Assembly (NCBI GenBank): GCA_965644295.1
Contig: CBFFRP010000026.1
Span: 39,571-103,570 of the forward strand
From: Paraphysomonas bandaiensis
Lineage: Eukaryota; Protista; Chrysophyceae
DNA length: 64,000 nucleotides
Direction: 5' to 3'
Shown here in pieces: positions 52,466-63,800 of the stretch (position 1 is its first letter; every line of letters starts with the position of its first letter). The notes under the pieces are model-generated. The model made no database searches and was not told the origin of the DNA. It was given only the letters and a program-made list of their open reading frames with translations. A program made the translations under genes and the position numbers.

Positions 52466-52517
52466 TCTATATAGTGTCAGGCTATTATAGTGCGCTGGTT
52501 GTTGTTGTTGTCAAAGC

Positions 52518-53052
52518 ATGTCTAATTCGGAAAAGAGAAAGTGGAAGTCATCGCTTTTCGGATGCTGCTCTTATCGTTCCCCTACAGGGGAGTGTAAGTG
52601 GTGTCCGTTCTTCTTCCCTATGTCTGTTATGGGTGGGTCATCGCCATCAGCAGCAGGGTACTTCGCATGGACTCATAGTGATTGTGTGTAGGAACTTGTT
52701 GTGCGGCTGGTCGTATCGTAAGTAAGGTCGAAAGAGAGGATCCCATCGTATGCGATATGGGGTATGATGATTCATGTCAACCGTTGCTGTAATGACTGTC
52801 AACAGATGTCAGGGACTGGCCTGCTGCTTTTTGAGCAATGCACTTCTGGGCCCTCCCGGGTGGCTTATATTGGGAGGGTGTCTCAGAAGTCGCGTCGTTG
52901 ATAAATTTAATGTGGAAGAGGAAGGAAATCCAGTGTGCAATTGCATTTGCTATCCGTGCTCATATTTCCAGATGCTTGTTTCGCTAGAAGAATGGACAAA
53001 GGAACAGGCAGTAGCTGGTACTGGAACTTCTCTGAAGACACCGCTGGTGTAG
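52518..53052 (+). CDS. PLAC8-family cysteine-rich protein, three exons
   Basis: MSNSEKRKWKSSLFGCC...; LRSRVVDKFNVEE...CICYPCSYFQM match the PLAC8 motifs W.S.LFGC, R..IR..Y.I and CxPCxxxQ. Confidence 0.8.
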
Positions 53053-53391
53053 AATATTAAAGACCGAGTGCAAAATAATATCTCTTGTAGAACATCTACT
53101 TAATGAAGTATTATGCCCGCAATAAAGTAAGGATGCAAGTGGAGTAGTTTATGGTAATATTAAATCTATTAATTTCATTAACCATTCAGAGTTTTGAACA
53201 TGTGGCTTTAACTGCAATATACCTTCTTCAATATTGTTAATATGCACACCATGGACATATCTGGCGGAGTTTGACTACCGATTTGCATATATCTTTTAGT
53301 TGATGATTGGACGAGAGATATCAGATGTAGAGTAGAAAAATAAGTTATCCTGGTTTCCAGTAACACTTCGACAAAGAAATGTTTAGAGCAA

Positions 53392-53728
53392 CACACACAC
53401 AACATGACGACGAAAATTTTTTTCTACTACTTGCAATCTTTCTATGAATTTTTCTTCTTTCAAAACCTGAAAAATACATATAATATACCGTTACATATAA
53501 TTCTATTACTATTTCACGTTTTTATTTAAATTTCATATATAAGGGCAATTCTTAAAGAGTATTTCTTATTATATTACTTTATTACTTTCTTATATAATTT
53601 TAATTTGATATATTTTATTTTTATATATAACTTTAAAGCCCTGTTTGCATATTATATGCAGCGATAGCGGAATGTTATGAAAAGAAAGGAAATTGAAAAA
53701 GAAATTTCGTCGTTATGTTGTGTGTGTG
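53392..53728. mobile_element. AT-rich MITE-like element with ~30-bp imperfect TIRs (CAC...GTG ends)
   Basis: cacacacacaacatgacgacgaaaattt and aaatttcgtcgttatgttgtgtgtgtg; AA on both flanks. Confidence 0.65.
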
Positions 53729-53988
53729 AACACTTCGACGAGATGTGAGATGAAAAGAACAATGAACAGCAGTTAGCTGTATACCACGAATTCATAATGA
53801 CGTATAAAGTATATCAAAATTTGACTTTTTGGGATATGTATTAACTTAACAACTGAAGGTTAACTTATACTCAATGCTGAGAATTATAAATTACTATATT
53901 CAATATCTCTTATTTCTCACCAATTTCATGTTATCTCTACTACCACTCATTTCGAAGTACGATCTTACTTCGTCGCTATAGTTTGCAT

Positions 53989-54573
53989 CAGGGTTAGGGA
54001 ACAATATATTGATTGGTGGACCGGCCATATATTCTATTGCTTACAATAGCTTACAATACAATTGCAATTATTGCAATCAATATTATGATATAGTCATATA
54101 CGAAAAGATTCTTAACTGTAGGGTGCAAAATATACGTTCATGGCCATAAATAATTAATATCCCTAAAAATAAGGGAAAGCCCATTTTTTATGTTCTTTTC
54201 TAGTTTTTATGTATCGCCAGCTCAAACCTACTCTATACGTCTACAAATGTATGTACAGTACTTAATATGATATAGATATATTCTCATACTGATAAGAAGA
54301 GACGAGGAACGATGAAAGCATACAAAAGTAGAGATATTTACAGATGTTTTTGGAGTCCAGTTGAAGGTGAACCAAACAAGCACGAGTGCAAAGTCTGTGG
54401 GCGCAGACGACAACAGAATATTCGAAATGGATACAACAATTAAAGAATCACACGATATCACATGATGGCTGGGAAGATCAATAGTATTGTTGTACCAGTT
54501 TAAAAATTCCATCAATATTATTGGTGAGACGCTAACTAACAATAGTATCGCAATATATTGTTCCCTAGCCCTG
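53989..54573 (+). mobile_element. Non-autonomous hAT element with 23-bp TIRs, 8-bp TSD and BED-finger remnant
   Basis: cagggttagggaacaatatattg and caatatattgttccctagccctg (1 mismatch); GTTTGCAT at both 53981-53988 and 54574-54581; internal MKAYKSRDIYRCFWSP...HECKVCGRRRQQNIRNGYNN from 54312. Confidence 0.9.
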
Positions 54574-55230
54574 GTTTGCATGACTATAGCTTACACGCAT
54601 TGTCACTATATTCCTTTTCACTACTATATACTTCTTGTCATTTATTCTCGTAGTACGATTAACCACAACAGTATACCACTCGTAGCGGTTATAATTTAAA
54701 TATCATAGCTACAACTACAGCTTTCAATTGCTCTCATATAGGAGAAATCAACAAAGAATACTCATATAAGTGCTACTATCATATTGATGTCAGACAGAAT
54801 TCGCATTCGTTTCTGGATTTATTATTAGTGAACATACGAGCAACACAAAATAGAGAAGTAGTGAAATAATTGCATATATGCATATATCACACCATTATCA
54901 GATTCTATGGCAATGGTATTGAAGAGACCTGAGACAAATCTCAATTGCAGACTACGAGATTACATGTATAATACAGGCAACGAAGATTATTTATTGACCA
55001 AGCAATATTATCAAAACTCGGCATGGCAGAAGCTAACTATACTCCAAAAATACAACACTATTTCTAGCAGTATCTTCGTCATATTTTGTTGGGGCCAATT
55101 CCAGAATACTAATATATACTATTTCATCTATGTCGTTAATTCCACTACTTCTACAGGCCACATTCTCGGTTTCTGAATAGCTGCATTTCAGAACTGATGT
55201 ATAGTAGTATGTGATCAGGAGCACGCTGTG

Positions 55231-58200
55231 CTAATGTGCATGTTTGTAGTAGAAGTTTGCCATTGAGGTTGTCCTGTGCAACAACACGTAAGAAAATAAA
55301 CAATCGTATCATGCTCATACTTCTCCATATTCTTTTTCTGGTCCCTTTGATTGCTATGGATATTATCTGCCGACTTGTTGCGCTCCATAGTGCCCGTGGT
55401 GCTACCACTGGCAGTAGCTTGTAGCTCTGCAACAGCAGTTCCTGACAGTTACACAAATCAAACAAGAATTACGGCGAACAACGAAAGGGTATCACCTGAA
55501 TTCGACCTTCTGACAAGAAGTGGGCCCGAATTCTCTCTGTGGATTTTCTTTCCCTCTTGAAGAGGTTCATCAGTGCCCACTACTGCAATGTTGTACCAGT
55601 CTGTATCAGCAGTAACTACTCTGGCATCAGGAACAGACGGAGCAGAAATTTCAGGGCTTGGAGTCTGTGACATACCACCGCTGACATTTCTGAAAAGACT
55701 AGAAATACCAGTGCTATGCGAAGGCTGGGGTTGACTAAGTGGCGGCACTACGACTGGAGAGTCCTTCCCCGTGTCCCGAGTAAGTTCTATGTTTGCTGCA
55801 CCTTCGTACACGCCATGTCATCTCGACGCAATTTGTGTGAAAACTACATTAACCTGTGTGTTTATAAGGAGAATCAGGAAGTGCTCCTAGGCTAGACTGC
55901 TGCTCCAGCACTCCATGCTGCTCTAAGGCTTTCATATTCTCCTCATATGACCCTTCTGACTCACCTAAACCCGACAATGCACAATATTATGTTAATCCAT
56001 CTCAACCCAGAGCATAATAATAATAATAATAAAAGGCGACAATGGAGTGTGGAGGGTACATATATACCGGGCAAAGGATCCGCCACTGACAGTCCAGAGA
56101 GGTTCACTATCGAACGTGTAGTGTAGAAAGATGGAACACGCCCACGTGGTACAGCGTTGCCCTGCTGGCTATTTTCTTGTGATATACGTTTACGTAACCG
56201 CTGCACACATCTGACCAAATATATCAGACAAAGCAATACACACATTCTCGTCACTCACTTATCCAGTGCTACCTCGACCATACAGTGAGCCTTGATTCGA
56301 GACATGTAAGGCCAGGTGTTTCGCATAGACACTTCCTGAATTTTCGAGTACTCTTCTTCACTAGGGTTCTACACATAATGTAAACAATGTATTGTCATGA
56401 ATAACACACTAAAACATACCTTCATGAACACTGTCCACGACGTCAACAGCGAAAGGTGCTTCCTCCATGGCATTATCGTGATATCAGACTCACGCCCCCC
56501 ATAGTCCTATGAATTCACCCGTCAGATAACAGGCCAAGAAAAGAAACAACGCCGACCTGAGTGAGCAGCTGGGATACACCGCGCCTAGCGCTCCACGACG
56601 GCGCAATTGCTCGGTATACTAGAAGGTCTGTAACTGCACGCACCCAATCCCTAGAGTACATAGGTCTTTGTCATTCCTAATTAAGCACTATGATTGTATT
56701 TTACCTGCACTGAGCCTTGAGAAAGCGCAAGACACCCACTATTAGACCATAGAGAGGTGGGGACCACACAGTAGCTTCAACAGAAAGGGTAGAGAATAGC
56801 GCAGAATGGGGGTTCACCTATGAAGAGTTAATATCCAACTAACTATTAAAATATATATTCCTGCCAAACTAGATGTGCGCACAATCCATGTTAATTATTA
56901 CCTGACTGACTATGAAATGGTTCACATTAAATAGTTCAGAAAGTTGCTGCATGGGCAAGTCGTTTTCTATGCTACCATCACTGTAGTGATGCATATTTGG
57001 ATGCAGCTCGTCCACGTCACTACCAGGTCCGCCACGGGTCCATTCATTTTCTGGTCGGAACTCACCATTCGGCTCCTTTACCATCAATGGAACTGTGTCA
57101 AACACGCCTACAAGGAAATTATTAGCGGAAAATTACATATCCTGTTCACAAATGAAACACACACCTGGTATGGCACAAGAGGCAAGAGCAGCACTCCAAA
57201 CGCAGATATGAGGAGCGGTGAGATAATTAAGCAGTCTTGGGGGATCGTAGTTATTGATGGGCGCGACTGTTATATTTATGATGCGACCTGTACGGTCGAA
57301 AGCTTCCTGGAATGTGTACAGACCAGTGTTCGCAATCACAACCTGCCCACTCTTTACAATCCGCATAACGTAAAAGGAGCTACAGCGTACCTCCTTCAAA
57401 TGATTAGTGTCGAGCTTAAGCAGACTCTTGTTATCCAAAAAGCACCCAAAAAGCATGTCTCCGATCCACCTAAGGCTCTGCGGGAAAAGGTATTGAAAGC
57501 GCATCTTGGCGGCAGAGGCAGAAGAATTCTCCCAACCGAAACGCAAATAATCCTTGCGGTATTTCTCTTGTGGCAAGTACTCCAGCTCTTCGTCAGTACG
57601 TGTGCTACATAAAAATTACATGCAGGATATACATAAAGCTTATAATAATGCATATGCGGAGAGCGATTACCCACACAGAACTTCGCTTACGTACAAAAGC
57701 ACGTATGTATGAATCTACTCACCCTATCATGGCAGCCATAAGTGACCCCGCAGAGGCCCCACTAATAACTCTCGGAAGTAGTCCCTGCTGAAATAGCTCT
57801 GTAGCCAGGCCAACGTGATAATACCCCAGTGAAGCGCCTCCTGACAACAGTAGAGCCGTTCGCCCATACGAATGGCGGGTTTCGTTAAAAAATGCAAGTT
57901 TCGCGTCTGTAGGAATCTGTATATATAGCAATCGGACAGAATATAAATACAACGCAATTGATACCTCATCTCCCGTATCTGAATCACATATGAAATTAAG
58001 TGCCGCGGTAACAGTGTCATGGTATTCCTCCACCAGAAATTTTGTGCCAGCCCGTGCCCTTGAAAATAGTCCCTCGTGTTGCATGCCATACATGTCACGA
58101 GCGAGACCCCCACGAATTCGGAACATCAGGTTAAATACATCCCCATTGTTAATCATCCACCTAATGTCTTTCGTACGTTTCTTCAAAACCTTGCAGTCGT

Positions 58201-58647
58201 AGAGACTGCTCTCCTCGATTCTGCGCCACTTGTCAACACCTGTGGTAGTGATACATGTCAGTACGACATCTAATTAACTCAACGTGTACCATTAACAACA
58301 TCCAACTGCTCAGCAATCTTCTTCCACTCCATGTAAGTTTTGGCATTCTCCATCTGCTGGGTGAGGGAAAGCACTTGTCGTCCCTTGGCAGAGCAAAGGC
58401 CGTATAGGTAGTGAGCGAAGTGTCCCAGCCACTGGTATCCGAAGACCGCTCCCTGCAGACACACAGCCACCACGAGCTGCTTCATGAGCTGTTTGGGGCC
58501 GAACACAGCATCCACAGCATTCAACACAGCCGCCTCTACTGCAGGAAGGTGCTGTATGGCGGTGCTCTGAGCTGTTTTCAGGAGCTCCAGGACCACAGGC
58601 AGACCCTCGTCGATAAACCTCCTCAGCGCGCGCTCATAGCTCTCCAT
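55231..58647 (-). CDS. Patatin-domain triacylglycerol lipase (SDP1/TGL4-like), multi-exon
   Basis: AKTYMEWKKIAEQLD, ETRHSYGRTALLLSGGASLGYYHVG, RVISGASAGS (GxSxG), TFQEAFDRTGRIINIT, LLNYLTAPH, ASCAIPG, YSDGS, FNVNHFIVSQ; last exon ...TTSMANFYYKHAH* at 55231. Confidence 0.92.
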
Positions 58648-58899
58648 TCGATGCTACTGCTATTGAGAAACGTGTGTGTGTGGGAGGGAGTATACAGGTA
58701 TAGTGTACTTGAAAGGTGACTTATGCAGCTCTAACTCTTGTTCCTGATATCATACATACATATATATATATATATACGTGGAGAGTGGGGTGGAGTTAGT
58801 TATAGTCATGTGCTTCTCCAGTCTCGTAGGTACAGTACAGCAGTATGCAGGGTAGATGTGTGCGTACAGAAGTACATACTGTGTATGTCTGTGTATAGT

Positions 58900-58945
58900 G
58901 GTACCAGTGTACCGGTGTACCAGTGTACCGGTGTACCGGTGTACC
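58900..58945. repeat. 8-bp tandem repeat (gtaccRgt) between divergent lipase and BUD22-like genes
   Basis: gtaccagtgtaccggtgtaccagtgtaccggtgtaccggtgtac. Confidence 0.85.
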
Positions 58946-59157
58946 TCCATCACTTTATTCACATTGTATGGCGGTGACTGTGACTGTACTCTTGTGCTGT
59001 GGTACGTATATCGTATCATACACGCAGTATACATGCGTGTGCTGTGCAGTGGTGCCGTGTGTTGCTTCCTGCTGGTGTGGGCAGGTGGCCATAGCTGACA
59101 CTATAATCTCCTCCACTCTCCTCTCTGTCGATCGTTCACGTCTATCCGTTGAGTAGA

Positions 59158-60376
59158 ATGGGTGTGCAGAAGAGAGTTCGATCCAAAGCAGTGAAGAAGA
59201 AGCTCAAAGACGTGCCTCCAAAGCATGAGCGGTTGAGCCATCAAGCCGTTAAGGCCATCGTCAGGGCTGCGAAGGTCGTTAAGACATTCATCATTCGAAA
59301 GGATATGAGGAAACTGAAAGAGTTGAGTGATAGCAGTGAGAGATCCGTTACACTGAAAGATCACATCGCAAACATTAAAGTGCGTTTGTTGTGATCTCTC
59401 TGACTGCGCTCAGTGTGTTGTTATTTGCAGGGAATTCCACTCGACTCACTGGAAGCCTATGCCAAAAATGCTATACACGGATCCGCCTTTGATGTAAACT
59501 TGCACACGGATGAGATTTTCAAACATAAAACGATGAAATCTGAAATAGATAGCTGGAAATCACGGTGAGTATCGAAACTGCTGCTACTCTTATTTTTATG
59601 TGTAACATGATTGCCGATAGAATCGAAATGTCGAAGATCAAGCGTTCCAAGAAGTCAGATAGCGCTAGTTCGTCATCGAAATCCGGCCAAGCCAAGTCTG
59701 CAGTAGTACGGCCATTGGCATTGAACAAGGTTTGGATGTCACACCACAGCTTTACATCCCCACGAATTTCTTCTATATATATACTTTTTATACACATAAT
59801 TTTTGATAATGTTAATGCAGAAGGAGCGTACAACAGCTTTGTTCGTCAGTTCGCTTGCATCAGATAGCGAAAGTGAGGATGACTCAAGTGCTCAGAAGTC
59901 AGTTTCGAAGAAGCGTCCTCAGAACAATCGGCAGAACTCCAATGCTCGCAGTAGTGGTGGTCGAAAGCCTCAGCGTAGGCAAAAGCTTAGGCCTGACTTG
60001 AACTCGTACATGCCTATTAGCCAGCGCTCCTCGTCTACAAGTAATAGTGGTTGGCCGCCGAAGGAGCACGTCAGTCGTCAACAGGTACATTCTGGAGCCC
60101 AGAAGCCTCCACAGAAATTTGAATATTCAAGAAAATTTGATAATAATGTAAGCTGCGTTGTAGAGTTTTGTGATATTGTGTAGTTGGTCTGCCATCCTAT
60201 TATCGTCATAATGTTCTCTGTATCAGGCCAATCATACAACGAAACAAACTAATAGCTCAGCAGAGAAGAGTATTCACCCATCGTGGGCGGCTAAGATAAA
60301 GCAGAAAAACAAATTAGAAGGGGCGATATCTTTTGCGAATGTACCACAAGGAAAGAAGATTAGATTTACTGAGTAG
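59158..60376 (+). CDS. BUD22/SRFBP1-like nucleolar protein, multi-exon
   Basis: Lys-rich N-terminus with AAKVVKTFIIRK; LFVSSL followed by an acidic patch; C-terminal IHPSWAAK...PQGKKIRF, matching the LHPSW/GKKI.F motif of this family. Confidence 0.75.
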
Positions 60377-60704
60377 TGTACAATTATCCTCTTGTAATAA
60401 AATTATATGTTTGAAGTAAGATGTATTGTTTATTGCTTTTCATAACATGTTATCTCCTTTCCACATCATAGGCTAAACCGTTCAATATGATGTATTTTGT
60501 ATTGATATTTGTCCAGACGTTAATTCAGATCATATGTACATTATCATCTTGTATCCATATTTATGTAGTATGTAGTCCGTGCTGGCTACTTTACGACTGT
60601 ATGCCCTTTGGCCTTTGAGGGGATGCACTCTGCACCAGAGTACTTACGTACTGACATAAGGAACCCACCGTTATCAGGCTTGCGTATTGCGTAACATTAT
60701 ATTG

Positions 60705-60885
60705 AATGTCTTTTTATTTAGCAATAGGCGTTAAAAACCCGTTCCGATATAGCGGCTAGTTGAATACTAGTCTACTAGTTAGACCTCTACCCATAACTAA
60801 TCAGCGCAAATTCTATTATCCTACTATTTAACGCTACAGAAGCTGCTTGTGCGTCGCCGCAAGCACCAAGGTGCAACCACTTCCG
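60705..60885 (+). mobile_element. Partial copy of MITE family A abutting the retrotransposon 3' end
   Basis: tttagcaataggc...cgctacagaagctgcttgtgcgtcgccgcaagcaccaaggtgcaaccacttccg versus 12716-12822. Confidence 0.65.
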
Positions 60886-60889
60886 TTCT

Positions 60890-63800
60890 TGATGTTTGTG
60901 TGTGAATTCGCCCTGCTCGTGTGTCTGAGGACTCACTGGCGCGTGTTGTCCGGGGGTCTCCCCTTGGGATACGGTTCCGCCTGACTCTGAGGTACCGGGT
61001 TCTGTATTAAGGTCCTGAGTGTACCGAGCACTAGATGTGTGGACTGAGAGGTTGATGGTGTGGTGGAATGTGGCGGTGTCGCCATGCACCGTTTGGGCGT
61101 TGGGCATAGGTGGAGTTGCCGGAGACGTCGTCGCCTTTGTCTAGGGCCTGTTGGTTTCATACGGTCCGTTGCTATGGTCCTCTGTGTATGGTTGGTAGGG
61201 TTCAGAGGTACGGTGGGCGGTGTTCCAGTCTCGGTTCGTCTGTGGATTCCTAGTAATCTTAGCACCCTTGGGCGTTTCCGTTTCTGTCTGTGGTTTGGAC
61301 TCGGCCGCGGTAGTAGCCTTGGGGGGCCTTTCCGTAGGGTCACGTATCTTCTTCCGCGATCTTGGATCATGAGCTTTGCTGCAGCGAACAGCGGTAGCAG
61401 TAATTTGATGATCGCTGATTCGATGCTGCGCAGTCCTTGGGATGACAGTGATTCATGGATGTGATCTCCAAAAACCATTTCAAGCTGTGTCATTGTGATG
61501 GTACCCGTCCAGAATCTCTCCACCTGTGGCACGGAAGGGTTCCAGGCCCTGCTGGAGATTCGCTGGAGTACAGTGGTGGTCCATTGGGGTAATTCCGGAT
61601 TCCTCATTTCTTCTAGGAGCGCGTTTTTGTGGCTGTGAAATGCAGACTCCCTTATCTGCGTTATGGTGTCGTTTGTGCAGTCTAGACACATATGCTTGAG
61701 TGAGTCTAGTCTAAATCCGCAGTCAGAGCATACGGCTTTAGCCATGTCGAGTCCGTGTTTGGTTTTCGCCCGGTTTCTTCCTATGCTGAATGATTTGTCC
61801 CATGTCAGTGCTGCATTTAGTACTCTTTGGCGCAGGTGGGAGCTCACTTTGTCCTTTGATGGTCCACCATCTGCTTGCGCCAGTTTGCGCGGAAGTAGTG
61901 CTCCGCTGTCTTTCCAGTATCCAGGAGCCCGGTCGGGATTGTGACCGTAGCGTTGGTCTCGGAGAGCTGTATATGCCTCCAGCGTCCGTTGATTACGGAG
62001 GGATTGGAAATCCGTGAGCAGGGGGCTAGTGCGATACGGCCGTCGTTCCCCAGTTAGGCGCCAGTGCCATAAACCCTCGGTGAGTATTCTTTCGATGGCT
62101 TGGTCCACTTCCATGTTACAGACAGTGTAATTTTGTCGTCCGAGTAGTCGATCTACCTCAAGCCAGTCCCCTCCTGCTACTGCGTCGGCAATGTAAATTC
62201 CTTTGTCTTCATATGTCCATTCAGACTCATCAGAGGTGCGTCGTTCGGGGTGTGATCGGACCCAGGCTACTGTCCTTTTGCAATCGTTATTTGCTGCAAT
62301 GCTTTCGAGCAGTACACCTTTGGCACGATGCCCCAGTGCCCGACGTCTGGCGGAGAGTGCTTCGTGTGTGCGTATGCAGACGGCCTTACAGTCCGTATTT
62401 ATCGGTATGTGTGATGGGAGTCGCGCAGACAGTATAAGCGCCATTGCTGCTCCCATGAGCTCGTATGCATACGGGCCAAGTCCAGGCACGTCGCTGAAGG
62501 GTGTCTCTAATCGCAGTATTTTTGTTGTACCGTTCTTCCATTCATCCTCCGGGGGGAGCCAGACTGCCGCCGCTCCTCCATAATGTGCCCATCTTGTACG
62601 TGGGTTTACATGCGTAATGCGGCGCGGGGATAGGGCTGTAGGCGTGTATGAGCCGTCGGTGAAGATTGCCTGATATGTATCCGCGGTTACATCATCCAGT
62701 TCTAATGTGCGGATAATGTTGGTCAGGGTGTTGGTATCTTGAGGTTCCGGACTGTCGGGTTGTTGGAGAGTAAGGCCAACCTCCGTACCCCATTCCCGCA
62801 GACTTAAGGCAAAGTGATGGTAGTTTGGGTACGGCGCGATAGTCTGTGTTAGGAGAAAGTGCGCTGCGTCACCGGCATCACCGCCTAGGATTATGGCGCG
62901 CTGTAGGGAGCCCCATTTTTGTTCTTGAGCGGAGTCTGAGAAGCGTTTCATTCCAAGTCCATTATGCCTGAGAGAGAGGTAGATCAGTTCCGTGGGGTAA
63001 CCAGGACTCAGGCTTAGTGCTTTCCTATAAAGGTTTGCGCAAGTTGAATCGATGTTCTTGTAATATTGCAGGGGCCAAGAAGCCTTGGTGGCCTTGTAAA
63101 GTAGAGTGGGTATGATTTGGGTCTCTATAACCATGACTTTGCAGCCCGCTGAGGCGTGCCTGATCCCAAGGTGTGTGCCCGCTGCCTTTAGGTAGTTTGT
63201 ACACCAATTGTATGAGTCCGTGTCTGTAGGTGTTAGTGGTAGATCAGCCCCCAAATAGTGTATCGATTCATGAGTCGTTTGTATTGGTACAGGTTGGGGT
63301 CTCCAATACCAGTCATATAAGGTAATGTGTCCGGTTTGTTTGACCTGGGCTAGATTTTCCCGTAGGTGAGGGAAAAAAGTGCAGATAACCTTAGGTACCG
63401 AGAGTTCCATTCCCGAGAAGCTGCAGAACGCCGACATTCGTATCGCCGTTTCCTGGGCTTGAGTGATAGACACATCTATGGTGGTGATGTCATCCGCGAA
63501 GGAGACTTTTTTCTTTGAGTTCGGGGTCAGTAGGAGTGGTGATGGTGTAAGACAGATTGCTCTAAGATCTAGGTCTAACCATGTAAGAAGGATATCGTGT
63601 AGCGCCACCCAGGCACAAGTGGATTCGGTTCCCCCCTGTGTGATTCCTCTCACGGCCTTAAATCCGAGTACGAACTGTGCAAGGAAGTGTCCGTCGGTAG
63701 CTAGAAGTTCTGCCAACGAGCGTGGCTCCATGTTGTTCGCCATGAACGGCGTCCATGGGAATGTGAGACCCCCAGCGTCTAATTCTCCAAACCATTCAAC

